Assembly (NCBI RefSeq): GCF_006345805.1
Contig: NC_043021.1
Coordinates: 18,104,001 to 18,168,000, forward strand
Length of the DNA stretch: 64,000 nt
Reading direction: 5' to 3'
From: Octopus sinensis
Lineage: Eukaryota
Positions within the stretch are counted from its first letter, which is position 1. Every line of letters starts with the position of its first letter. The notes under the pieces are model-generated. The model was not told the DNA's origin. It did not search any database and saw only the letters and a list, made by a program, of their open reading frames with translations. This document shows, piece after piece, positions 27,217 through 40,245 of the stretch. A program made the translations under genes and the position numbers.

Positions 27217-28339
27217 TACATTAATGCACCTGGTGTAAAAAAAACACCTCAAAGTAAGTCACAGTCAAGCGAGACAACTCACATCAGGTCCTTTCTCGTA
27301 GCAACAGTCATCGATGTTTCATCATTGTTTTCACTTATTAATGCCACATACCAAACAATGCCTGCTGCAAACCACACACACACTTTTTTTTATTGACCTT
27401 GATCAGTGAATCAGTAGACTAGTTAGAATATCACAGTATTTGTTTTGATCAGTTGCACTCTGAGTTCAGATCCTGTTGAGGTTAACTTCATCTTTCATCG
27501 TGTGTGGGGGAAGGATGGCAGTAAAAACTATTCTAATCCAGAGTGGTGGATTATTAGAACTATTAGAGGGTGGGGCCAGGTGAGGCCTTGTGGTGTATCT
27601 TCTGGCAGCAATCTTGCCATGACACTGGTGCCAAGCTTCATCAGACCAATTCAGTAGACTTTTCTTTGGACAACCACCAGTGCTTTGGAGAGCAGAGACT
27701 TGCATACATGAACAACTGCCAGTCTTTCTCAAAGCATTTTACCCAGATCTGCACATGCATCACATACACATGTAGATGAATGGTCAACCTTGACTAATGG
27801 AGGCTTTGTATTGGTGTCAGCCATTGGACTATGCATCACCTTCAACTCCATTGCTGTTTTTTATTAACATGGAAAGAATGAAAAGCAAAGTGGATCTGGC
27901 AAGGACTGGAACTTAAAATGGAAATGAACAATGTAACAAAATATCACAAGGCATTTCGTCTGACGCTCTACCAATTCTGCCATTTATCTGTCAAAAGAAA
28001 ATATTTTGTTGAGATAATTTTTATATATATATATGTTGTTTCCATGGCACCTTAAGTGTTTTTCTTTTTTTGAAAATAGCCTTAGATTTATGAAAGTCTT
28101 GTAAGAGAAATTTGGTGGATAGAAACCTGTTGAATGTATATGTATCCAGCTAGCCATATATCCATCATCATCAATCTAGCATTCACTTTCCAATTCTTGC
28201 GTGGAGTTCATTGAGGTAGATGTTCTATGGCCAGATGCCATTCCTCTTGCCAAATCTCACTTGTTTCCAAGTGAGGTAATATTGCTCTATGGCCAGACAT
28301 GTTTTTGCAGGATAATGGAAATGAGTGACGTTGCTTGTC

Positions 28340-28660
28340 TAAAGCCCCACTTCATTCAGGAAAGCACCTAAAAGTTCCCCTCCAAGGCACAAGTCTGGGC
28401 AAAGTTGTTTATGGAAGACTAGCAGTCACTCATGCATACCAGCCTCCTCTCTCTATGCCACCGATGTTATCCAAGGGAAAGTCAAAGACTGTACAGCTTG
28501 GCAACAGTGACATTGCAACTCATTTCTACAGCTGAGTGAACTGGAGCAATGTGAAATAGAGTGTCTTGCTCAACGCAACACAGAGCTCAGTCTGGGAATC
28601 AAACTCACTACCTCATGATTGTGAGCCCAACGCTCTAAGCACTGAGCCATGTGCCTTCAC
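28340..28660 (-). mobile_element. tRNA-derived SINE (older family)
   Basis: Minus-strand head gtgaaggcacatggctcagtgcttagagc...gtttgattccc (A/B boxes). Confidence 0.65.
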
Positions 28661-28675
28661 ATTGCTTGTATACAT

Positions 28676-28725
<50 letters not shown>

Positions 28726-29685
28726 AAACAAAGGATGGTAGAATTTAAACTTTGATCAAAAGTAGTTTGTGGTATATAGTTATGTTCCTTTATATTTTGA
28801 TTAAGTCACTTAATGCTTTATTAGGTTGACTTTCTCTTTCTTCCTTTTGACGTCAATAAAATAAATACCAGGCCAATTTCTGAAGTTGGTCTGATCACCT
28901 TAATCTTTGATACCCCAGTTCAGTGATTAAAAACACTAAAAATACAACATATATTACCTCTGCCTTAGTGAAGGCAAAGGTATTGTTTTCAGCCATCTTT
29001 GTTTGTTTGTTTATTTGTCTGTGGATAAGATAACTCAAGAACCTCTGGATGGATTTGGATGAAACTTTTTTTTTCCAGCTTTATGTTCTGAGTTCAAATG
29101 CTGTCAAGATTGACATTGCCTTTAATGCTTCTGTGGTTGATAAAATAAGCACCAATCAGGCACTGGGGTCGATGTGATCAACTAGCCCCTTGCTCAAAAT
29201 TTCAGGCCCTGTGTCTATAATAGAATTATTTTATTGTTATTGCTGGATAGATGCTGTTTTGCTTTGCACCTGATTGAGTAAACTTCTTTGACCTCGTGTA
29301 GAACATTATGTAATGTGTGTTTTGATGGAGATTTGCAGACCAAGTGACTTCCTAGAAGCAGTCTCCCATTCATTGAAAAGATTTATAAGTTGGTAGAAAG
29401 TAGATTGTAGAATGAATATCTTATGATAGGGAGTGGAAACCCAGCAAGTTTACTTTTCCAAGAGGGATGTCATAAAGCAATAAGCCTCATTGCTAAGAAA
29501 AGGATCTGCTTTAGTTGTGTGAATGATTTGTTTTGACATGGAATGTTATTTTGAATTTGGTTCCACTAAAACATGTGTCAAATTAATATCAGGATGACCT
29601 GATGAAATATGTACTCTGGGTCCCCCTCTTTATGTATCTGCCTATCACTCTTCCCCTCACTCTCTGACTTTATAACACACACACA

Positions 29686-29725
<40 letters not shown>

Positions 29726-30069
29726 ATGCATGCACACACACACTTCCTCTGTGTCTGTTTCATAAACATAATTACAAAAACAATTTTATACTCAAACAAT
29801 TACAGATATAGCACACAACCCACACATCCAGACAAACTGTCAAAATACACACACTTGCACATGCACACCCATTTACTCACCACTCACTCTTTTACCCCTC
29901 CCTTCACTCACTCACTGACAACACACACACACACACTTATATATACCAATTAACAAATCTATTATGCTAGGCACCATTCACCCATTATATTGTTATAGAG
30001 GAATGTATATTCAGTTGCTTTTAATGAAATTATGTAATAGGACTTTAGGAGGTTAGACATGGAGAGACT

Positions 30070-30620
30070 CTTATGGTACCTGACATTGTGTTATATGGTA
30101 AACTTAATGGGGTGTTTGGTAATCTGTGGCAGTAAGGTACTTGGTCAACTGGGATAATGGGATATTTGGACAACTGTGATAATGATGTGCTAAGTTTAAC
30201 AATGATAATGTGGTATATGGTGGGCTGTAATGATAAAGTATTTATCCATCTGTGACAATGTGGTACTTAGCTAGTGGTGATTGTACTTAGTCAGCTGTGA
30301 TAATGGGATACTTGACCAGCTGTAATAAAGGAATATTTGATTAGTTGTAGTGATGCCGTACATTATTAGTTATAATAATATGTCTTGTTAGACCAGTCGT
30401 GATAATGGCTAACTGTAACAATGACCAATTGTGGTTAGTGGGTATTTGGTTAGCTGTAACAATAGGGTGCTTTAGCTGGATGTAGAGGTGAGATATGTGG
30501 CTGGCTATGGTAGTAACCTGCATTTTTGACCAGCTTATTATTTGGTTAGCTGTGACAAGTCTATTAGGCCAAATGTGACACTCATACTTGATCACTTGTG
30601 ATGTGTTTGTTCAGCCAGTT
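30070..30620. repeat. Degenerate minisatellite, ~25-bp unit (tgtgataatgtggtacttggtcagc-like)
   Basis: Recurrent gctgtgataat / gtacttg motifs at roughly regular spacing. Confidence 0.6.
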
Positions 30621-30626
30621 GTGATA

Positions 30627-31735
30627 TACAAGGTGGTAACAAAAAAACACCCCAGAATTTTGCAATATTATTTTATTCCCTTACTTTTACATCTGTACAC
30701 TTTTATCATCTTCAAAGTATTCTCCATTAATACAATACATCACTCCAGACGTGTTTTCCACTGTTCAAAGCAGTGCTGGAACTCTTGTGAAGCGATGCCT
30801 TTTAATGCCTCTGTTGATTTTTTTTCTTCACCTCTTTCACATCTGCAAAACGTTTTCCTTTAAGGACTTTTTTCCTTCAGGAGAACAAAAAAAAGTTGCA
30901 GGGAGCAAAATCAGGTGAATAGGGATGGATTGTACGTAAGCGGGGTCATGCCATTTTTGGTCAAAAACTGTCTCACACTCAAGGCAGTATGCACAGGCAC
31001 ATTGCTGGGATGAAACCACCATTCTACATTTTGCCACAGGTCAGGGTGTTTTCACATTACCACGTCTTGCAAATGCTTCAGAACTGCCAAGTAAAATGTC
31101 TGGTGAACAGTTTGACCAGGACGAACAAATTGTGTGGACAATTCCTTTTGCAAACAAATCAGCATTGTCATGACATGCTTGTTTTGGGTGTGGTGACATG
31201 AATGCTTCCATTAACTTGATTGCTGCTTTGTTTCTGGGTCGTAGCCATAGCAGCAGCTTTCGTCACCAGTGATGACCTTCGGAAAATGGTCTAGATCAAC
31301 TTTCAACTGTTCTTTCAGTTCACGACATGCATTCAGTTGTGACTGCTTTTTATCTTCTGAGAGCAAGTGAGGCACACCTTTTTCTGCAACTCTTTTCTTT
31401 CACAATTCCTTGCTCAAAATTCATTGGCAGGAGCTCCAGGGCACTGTTCAGCGATGGTCCTCTAAAATCAGTTCATGAATTTTTGTGGTGTTTCATTCAT
31501 TTGAGAGGTTGACTGTCACCCTGAACGAGTTTGGTCTTCAAGCAACAAGCAATGAAGAGGAGAAGCACTACAAAAGAAAGATGCTCCATGTGGCAGTACG
31601 ACATCACCTGCCATTGCCGGTCAGCAGACTGATGCCTGAGGATCGCATCAAGTGGCTTCTAGTGGCGGAATCCTGAACTACAATGGGCTTGTGACACAGA
31701 GAACGTTTCCGGTTACTTTTGGGTACCCCTTCGTA
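30627..31735 (-). mobile_element. Mariner transposon relic with decayed transposase
   Basis: TA-flanked TIRs TAcaaggtggtaacaaaaa / ttttgggtaccccttcgTA. Minus-strand PYSPDFAPCNFFLF..KKVLKGKRFADVKEV..FQHCFEQWKTR. Confidence 0.85.
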
Positions 31736-32427
31736 TGTCATAATCAACTGAGTTAACAATGTTGGACTCGGGTTAAGGTGACCTCGCTAGTGTTGGCACC
31801 AGGATAAAACTCACCTGTTACACACTATGTAAAGTGGTTAGTGAAGTGAGCAGACATTGTAGGGTTGAGAGGGCCCTTTAGTCTTGTCAAGTACACTTTT
31901 GTAAAGTGGTTAGTGTGAGAAAGGTTATCCAGCTGTAGAAATGAGATCTCTGAATGAGATATGGCCCAACCCAAGCCAGCATAGAAAACAACAACAACAA
32001 CAACAATAATTATGATGACATTTGGTTTCATTTTATTTCTCCCTTCTAGTATTTATGTTATAGTTTATAGTGCGGTTAAGTTATTTATTAGGAGAGAGAC
32101 AGACAGAGCCACTAGTGTTTGAATTGTAGGATCCTCTGCAGTTTAGGTTTAGTCAGAAGTGTGACATTAGTCCTTCGTTTACACATGCTGTTAGCCAAAT
32201 TAATTGCAATTTTTAAATTATTCATTTTATATTCTATTCAGATCCTTTCATGTATTAATTATGTGTGTGTTATTAATTATGTATGTATATAAAAAAAATC
32301 TGAGATTCAGTGATTTTATTGTTATAATATAATATTGATCTGAATATATACCAGGAGACTGTTCAACTGTATTATCATAAGAATGACAATGATAGAGCAG
32401 TAATGTGTGATTATAACAACAATGGCC

Positions 32428-32464
<37 letters not shown>

Positions 32465-32512
32465 TAGCATATTCAGTTTAAATGACCGACATTCAACATG
32501 TTTTATTTAACA

Positions 32513-32906
32513 CTAGCAGTATCGCCCGGCGTTGCTCGGGTTTGTAAGGGAAATAACTATATAAGCATTTTTAGAGATGTAAAGTATAATAGCCATCTCA
32601 ATATGGTTAACCACAAAGGGGGGGTGTTACTGTAGCTTTTTACGTTCTGAGATTTAATAATACATTTTTAGAGAGTTACTTCCCTTATATATGCCAAAAA
32701 TGCATTAAAGATGGGAAAAATTTATGGTAAATTTTTTTTTTAAATCGTAGACTCATCGTAGACACGTGCTTATACCCAGAAAGGCTCGATATGAATCATG
32801 ACTATAAGATACCCGGTTTTGGTTAAACTGCACCGCAAAATGTGGGAGTAGTTAGGAATCTAAATCGTAAGAGACAGACACACAACTTCACTTTTATATA
32901 TAAAGA
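32513..32906 (-). mobile_element. Non-autonomous Helitron, inverted relative to 25975-26372
   Basis: Reverse complement of the same family over the full length, with CTAG and TC termini. Confidence 0.85.
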
Positions 32907-34962
32907 TTTCCTCAGAAACAAAACAAGTCACTCTTTAAAACTAACAAATGGATGATCTTCATTTTAAAATGATCGCATACTGTTGTTCTGCCAATGTTCA
33001 GCTCCACTTCAGCCCTAACTAAAGGCATTCCAACTGTGACCAACCTATCTTTTATTTTGGCATCTCTGACAAAATTATCCAAAATATTCCTTTCCCTAAG
33101 TAAAGGCAGTATGTGATTTGGGCAACATTTAGCTACTATTTCCAGCTGGTCAAGTGGCCACAGAAAGGATCCTTCGATGTCAAAAAGTTTTCCAGATGAA
33201 AATCTAATGCAATTTGGACACAGTTATTTGATTTCACTTCATGTAATTCCACTGCAACCTGTTGTTACAATTTTAGATTTTAGTTGGCTGTTGTTAGATA
33301 CAGTGTTCCATAAAAGATTATTGTTAGACTTTGAAATAATGTTGATTACATTTGATATCAGTTCTATAAAAACCACAAGTAACATGCAAGCATGGTTAAG
33401 GAGCTTATTTTGCAAACATGTGGTTTCAGGTTCAGTCCCACTGCCTGGCACCTTAGACGAGTATCTTCTGCTATATATCCCAAGGCCGACCAATGCTTTG
33501 TGAATGGATTTGGTTGTCAGAAACTGTGTAGAAGACAGTTTTATATATATATATATATATGCCTAGCTGGCATGTAAAATGCACCGTTTGATCTTGGCCA
33601 ATGCTAATGCCGCCTGACTGGCATGCAAAAAGCACAATTCGAGCATGACTGATGTCAGTGCCATTTGACTGGCACTTGTGCTGGTGGCACATAAAATGCA
33701 CCCACTACACTCTTGGATTGCTTGGCGTTAGGAAGGGCATCCAGCTGTGGTAACTTTGCCAAATCAGATTGGAGCCTGGTGCAGCCTCCCAGCTTGCTAG
33801 TCCTCAGTCAAACAGTCCAACCCATGCCAGCTTGGAAAGTGGACGTTAAAAGATGATAACAATGATGAGTGTGTGTGTGGCTCAGTGGTTAGGGTATTCA
33901 ATTCAGAATCATAAGGTTGTGGGTTTGATACTTTGCAATGTGTTGAGCCATTGAGCAAGTCATTTTATTTCACATTGCCCCACTCCACTCAGATGGCAAA
34001 AATGAGTTGTATCTGGAAGTCAAAGGACCCACTTTGTCATACTTTGTGTCACTGAATCTCCTTGAAAACCATATTAAGTGCACGTATTTGTGGAGTACTC
34101 AGCCACTTGCATGTGAATTTCAGTGGAACCCTCATCATTGTAATCAACCGAGTGCCAGTTTATCTATGTGCATGTTTGTATTTGTCTACCTCCCCCACTC
34201 ACCACTGGACAACTAGTGTTTATTTGTTTACATGTCTGTAGAACTTAGTGGTTCTACAAAAGAAAACAAAAAACAATAATACAATATATACCAAACGGAA
34301 AAAAAACTAAGTACTGGAGTCAACTTGTTTGACTAAAACACTTTGAAGCGCAGTGCTCCAGCATGGCCATGGCCCAGTGACTGAAACAAGTAATAACCAA
34401 AAAAAGTCAAAACAAGATAATTGAAGAAGAAATAAATGAATAAATTGAAACCGATCTCTGGAATACTTAGTGTTCACTGTTTCGACCGTTACGTAGAAGA
34501 TCTGAAAGAAAATGAGAGAGAGAGAAGAGTGGTTGATTAAATATTTATTGTAATGTTATTAACAAACTTCGCTTTTAGCAGATTTTGTTTCAATAAAGTT
34601 TACTTTGATGTGGTATACAATAATTCCGCGACTATCACGGGTGTTACGTCCTCCCCTCCACCTGCACGACAGGTGAAAATCCACAAAGTAGAAACAGTAC
34701 TGTATATTTTTTTAAAGTTATTTTTTATAATTTGTATATATTTATTTTATTACAAATGCAAAACAACACCACGGAGGAATCGACATAAGCTTAAATAATA
34801 AACTGCAACAGGTAAACCGCGAAATGGGGAGAGATCATTGTACTCTTTTTATTAGTTTCTGTCATTGGACTGGGGCCATATTGAGGTGCTGTATGCAAGG
34901 GTTTTAAATCTATCATATTGACCCCAGTACTTATTTGACCCTAGTCAAATACTTCTATCAAT

Positions 34963-35350
34963 GTGGAAGCGCAATGGCCCAGTGGTTAGGGCAGCGGACT
35001 TGTGGTCGGAGGATCGTGGTTTCGATTCCCAGACTGGGCATTGTGAGTGTTTATTGAGCGAAAACACCTAAAGCTCCACGAGGCTCCGGCAGGGGGTGGT
35101 GGTGAACCCTGCTGTACTCTTTCACCACAACTTTCTCACACTCTTTCTTCCTGTTTCTCTTGTACCTGTATTTCAAAGGGCCAGCCTTGTCACAATCTGT
35201 GTCACGCTGAATCTCCTTGAGAACTACGTTAAGGGTACACGTGTCTGTGGAGTGCTCAGCCACTTGCACGTTAATATCACAAGCAAGCTGTTCCGTTGAT
35301 CGTATCAGCTGGGACCCTCATCGTCGAAACTGACGGAGTGCTCCTTTCTT
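34963..35350 (+). mobile_element. tRNA-derived SINE (family D), nested in an older family B SINE
   Basis: tggcccagtggttagg (A box) and gtttcgattcc (B box). 13-bp TSD tacttctatcaat at 34950-34962 and 35351-35363. An older relative lies at ~33875-34160. Confidence 0.85.
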
Positions 35351-35654
35351 TACTTCTATCAATACTTGTGTAGTGTCTAAATTCTTACCCTTTGTTTTCT
35401 GGTATAAATGGATGTAACCCTATGTATTGTGCTACAGCAGTTTGTATACTTGTAATACACCTTCGCAGACATACACACACTGTATGCTGTATGCATACAT
35501 GTATATACCCACACAAACACACACATATATAAACTGCTAGCTTTCACACACTTTTTGTATAACATAAGATAGTGGCCAACTCAGGGATACAGCAGAAGAC
35601 TCTTGCCCAAAGTATTATGCTGTGGGGTCAAATCTAGAACACTATAGTTGCAAA

Positions 35655-35875
35655 GGCAGAACCGTTAGCATGCCGGGCAAAATGCGTAGCCGTATTTCGT
35701 CTGCCGTTACGTTCTGAGTTCAAATTCCGCTGAGGTTGACTTTGCCTTTCATCCTTTCGGGGTCGATAAATTAAGAACCAGTTACGCACTGGGGTCGATG
35801 TAATCGACTTAATCCCTTTGTCTGTCCTTGTTTGTCCCCTCTGTGTTTAGCCCCTTGTGGGTAGTAAAGAAATAG
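35655..35875 (+). mobile_element. tRNA-derived SINE family A
   Basis: Reverse complement of 23150-23373, ending ggtagtaaagaaata. Confidence 0.85.
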
Positions 35876-36207
35876 GTAACTTCTTAGCCACATGTTTATG
35901 CTTCCATTTTTTGTTTGTTTTTGGTGTGACATGAAGAAAATAAAATCACTTGTATTTTCTAACCCTGTCTCCCCAACGCAGTTAACCATTCCTCTCTCAC
36001 CTCTTTCTCTCTTCCCCTCTCTCTATATATATCCAGAACTGATGACTAGGATTTGACTGTATAGATTTTAATTTTCAACCACATTTTTTCACTCTTTCCC
36101 ATGGTTACTTGCAATAAAAATGTCACAACAACCAAAACCTTCTCAGTTAGTTGTAAACTTTGATATAATCTTCAAACTTTTCAGCCATTTCTTTATTTCT
36201 CTTTCAG

Positions 36208-36260
36208 GAAATTGAAAACATTGGTTTAACCAGTTGTATTTTGAGCCCTCGCACAATTAG
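36208..36260 (+). CDS. BLTP2: Next coding exon (probably exon 3) of BLTP2/KIAA0100
   Basis: Strong acceptor (ctttatttctctttcAG) and donor (AG|GTAAGA). The exon is 53 nt and starts in phase 0, matching the previous exon. EIENIGLTSCILSPRTI(R) continues the alignment to human EIDNLWISSKLLSHDLP. Too short to appear in the ORF track. Confidence 0.82.
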
Positions 36261-38160
36261 GTAAGATGCTTCTTAAAGAACACTACCAGTTTCACTTTGA
36301 TGTAGAATTATGTACACATTAGTTGATCATTAGACTAATTAAGTCTCTAAATATCCAAACAGAGGATTTAAAATGGCCTTATTGTTGGTCAAAGTCACAA
36401 TAAGTTAGATATCAGGAAAGTTCATTGATGACTTTGATTAGTTTAATTGCTCTGCTGAGTAAAGAATCTTGTGTTTCGAGGTGGGGGTGGGAATCCTTGT
36501 TCTTCATTGGATAACAAAGAAGTGAGTGAGAGATGTTACCATTATGGTTGTAAATTTCTTCACACTAAAAATGGCTGAGCTTGGTGGGAGTGGGGAAGAA
36601 AGAAAAAAAACACGAGATTCTTTATTCTTTGTGACAATTGAACTTCACCGAGTTTTCTATGAACTCTTCTCTGAAAACCGTTCCTCAGAGACTATATTTC
36701 ACCCCATTTCGACATTACAATGTCTGTATTTCATATTTAAAAAAGAAATTTCTACTGTTTTATAATGTTGACAGACATTACCATATACAATGACACTGAT
36801 ATGACAGTTTTCCTGCCCCTGAGTATGTGCGTGCACATGTATGCACATGTGTGTGTATGTATGCACACGTGTGTGTGATAGGGTCGCTCTATTATCTTGT
36901 TTAACCCTCTTCAGTTATCCAAATTCTATCATATTATAACTGTAATGGGGAAAAAAGGGTCTTTTTTAACCCACTGTTCATATGCCATTATTTATAGCTT
37001 TATCTGCTTCGAGATTCATTGTTCTCAAAAGAATTGTTTCATGTTCTCAAAGTTTCTAAATTCTTATGATACCATTGACATATTATTCTCACTGGTAAGA
37101 ACAGAGTTTCTAAAATGGAGACATTTGAAAGGTTGCTTTGGTCTAGTGGTAGAATACCTGTCATGTTTACAGGAGATATGGGTTCATATCCCATGGACAG
37201 CCTTTGACACTTTTCTATCCAAAGAGTTTTTTTAATCTTATATTTATATGCTATTATTTATAGTTTTATCTGCTTCAAGATTCACCATTCTAAAAAGACT
37301 AGATGAATAAATTAATTAGTTTTACTGTTTATAGAGAAACAGTTCTTTCATTCTCTGTGATTTTTTCCTTGTCAATTTACTTTCGTTAAAGCAATTTCAG
37401 TGAGACATCATGTTTTTTCCTCTATTAGAAATATTACAGAGTTTATGCAAATGATATAGATATTTATATCTATTTTTACATCATCATCATCATTTAGTGT
37501 CTGTTTTCCATGCTGGCATGGGTTGGATGGCTTGACAGGAACTGGTAAGGCCAGGAGCTGCACAAGGTTCCATAATCTGATTTGGCATGGTTTCTATGGC
37601 TGGATGCCCTTCCTAATGCCAACCACTCCACAGTGTTTACTGAGTGCTTTCTATGTGGCACCATCACAGGTGCTTTTTAAGTGGCACTAGCACCAGTGCT
37701 TTTTATGCGGAACCTTGGTTTTAGGATCTCAATTGTGTTGTGGTGGGCTGGTCTTCTCAAGTGCAACAATGCACCACATATTCAGCTCCTCTGTCATCTC
37801 CTTTGTAAGGCTCAATGTTTTGAGATTGGTCCTTAAAACTTCATCCCATGTCTTCTTGAGTCTCCCCTTTTTCACAACTTCCCTCTACTTTTAGTTGAAT
37901 GAATGCATACATATATGAGTGTATGCATGAGTTGTAGATGACCAAGTCAGTATAATTCTGGGCTACCAGTTGAAGTTTTGGTAGTTTGTACTTGGTCAGA
38001 AATACTGCAGTCTGACCAGGACTATGGAGTTGTAGTTGGAGTCGGAACCAATTATTGGGTTTATGGATTTGGATTTCTGTAAAAATATGCAAATTCCAAC
38101 TTGAACTAAATATAAATTGCAATATAATGTATCAACATTTCTATTTCAAAATATTAGTTT

Positions 38161-38566
38161 TCTCTTTTACTCTTTTACTTGTTTCAGTCATTTGACTGCG
38201 GCCATGCTGGAGCACCGCCTTTAGTCGAGCAAATCGACCCCGGGACTTATTCTTTGTAAGCCCAGTACTTATTCTATCGGTCTCTTTTTCCGAACCGCTA
38301 AGTGACGGGGACGTAAACACACCAGCATCGGTTGTCAAGCAATGCTAGGGGGACAAACACAGACACACAAACATATACACACACACTTATATATATACAC
38401 ATATATACGACGGGCTTCCTTCAGTTTCCGTCTACCAAATCCACTCACAAGGCATTGGTCGGCCCGGGGCTGTAGCAGAAGACACTTGCCCAAGATGCCA
38501 CGCAGTGGGACTGAACCCGGAACCATGTAGTTGGTTAGCAAGCTACTTACCACACAGCCACTCCTG
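38161..38566 (-). mobile_element. Full-length SINE family B
   Basis: Head aggagtggctgtgtggtaag, tail (taaaagag)n, near-identical to the 13218 copy. Confidence 0.85.
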
Positions 38567-39599
38567 TTTTCTATACTGAAAATAATCAAATTACATTTTA
38601 GATTTTTTATGAAGGAGAATCTGGTAAAGCAATTCTGTTTCTAAGATCAAGATGTTAATAAATTTTGGATTTTGATTTTGGATTTAAGCTCTTTTCTATA
38701 TACGGTTTCTGAAATATATTTTGTTAGGATAAACACTTCAATCTTTTACAAAATAATTTTTGTTTCATTTCATGTAATCTTCCATGTCACATTCACTTAA
38801 ATTTTCTATTCCAACAACACTTCAATCTCAAAGGGAGGGACAAGTATCTAACTGTTTATTTCTTTTAAAATCAGTGTTTGTTTAGTTGCTAGAGATGTCC
38901 AGTCTTTCAGTTTTTAACTTTGATGTACTTGAGGTTCTTGAAATGCTAAAGAAAATGTTCCTGAACTTTTGCCATTTTCCTGCTGGTTAAGCACTTTAAA
39001 TATCCATCATCATCATCATTTTACATGTTTTCCATATTGGCAGATTAATTTTATTGTACCAGAATCTTTCTTTCTCTCAGCTTATTTAACACAGTTGGAT
39101 TGAGGCAACAATGGATCCTCTCTTACCACTAAATCAAAGATGTTCCTGATTTTCTTTTTTGGCATTTTATAGTTTATTTCTTTTATATCCTTTTACCTTT
39201 TAACCTTTGCATAAAAACAACCTTTTTTTATTGTGTAAGTTTTGACTTGATTGCTTAACTTCTTTAATATGTAATATATATAAAAAATAAATCCATATGA
39301 ACATAGTCTTTAAATCCAGACTATAACAGGTTAGGGTGTTAAAAAGTGACCTGATGATAGCCATTGGCTGTGCATGTTGTGTGGTGTTGTCAATCACTGT
39401 AGGAAATATATGATTAGTCTAATTACAAATGGACATGTCAGAGTTGGTGGTATCTTAAATTGAGGAATCAAAAGCAAAGGTTTTGTGTACTGACTCCTAC
39501 CTGATTAACATCACCTAGTTGTAAACAGGTAGAGCAGAGGAAGCACTGTAAAATTGACGAGTGTTTTCTTTTTAAATTGTTGTTATTTTTATTATTAAT

Positions 39600-40245
39600 A
39601 GGGTGGCAAGATGGCAGAATTGTTAACATGCTGAATAAAATTCTGTTAAACATTTTATCTGCCTTTATGTTCCAAACTCAAATTCTGCCAAGGCCAGATT
39701 TTCTTGTCATCTTTTCAGGGTCGATAGAATAAGTACCAGTTGAGTGTTGGGGTCAATATAATTGACTACCCTCTCCCCTGCAAAATTACTGGCCTTGTGC
39801 TAAAATTTAAAACCATCGATATTAATTAGGGGGCAGGTTGGTTGAATCATTACTGAACAAAATGAAAATGCTTAGCAGCATTTCATCTGCCTTTACATTC
39901 TAAGTTCAAATTCTGCCAAAGTCATCTTTGACTTTCATCCTTTCAGGGTTGATAAAATAAATACCAATTGAGCACCGGGGTCAATGTAATCCATGTAGCC
40001 CCTTCCCTAATATTGCTGGCCTTGTGCCAAAATTTGAAGCCAGCGAGCTGGCAGAACTGTTTTCATGCCGGGCAAAATACTTAACAGTATTTTGTCTGAC
40101 TTTATGTTCTGAGTTCAAATTCCACTGGGGACAACTTTTCCTTTCATTCTTTCAGGGTCGATAAAATAAGTACCAGTTGAATACTCAATGTAGTTGACTA
40201 ACCCCCTCCCCCCAAATTTCAGGCCTTATGCTTATAGCAAAAATT
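39600..40245 (+). mobile_element. Three head-to-tail older family A-related SINE copies
   Basis: tggcagaa...ttcaaattc...tttcaggg(t)cgataaaataagtaccagttga occurs three times at ~220-bp spacing. Confidence 0.7.

Noticed and set aside
34963-35040. tRNA-like sequence with A and B boxes
   Set aside because: It is the head of a TSD-flanked SINE, not a tRNA gene.
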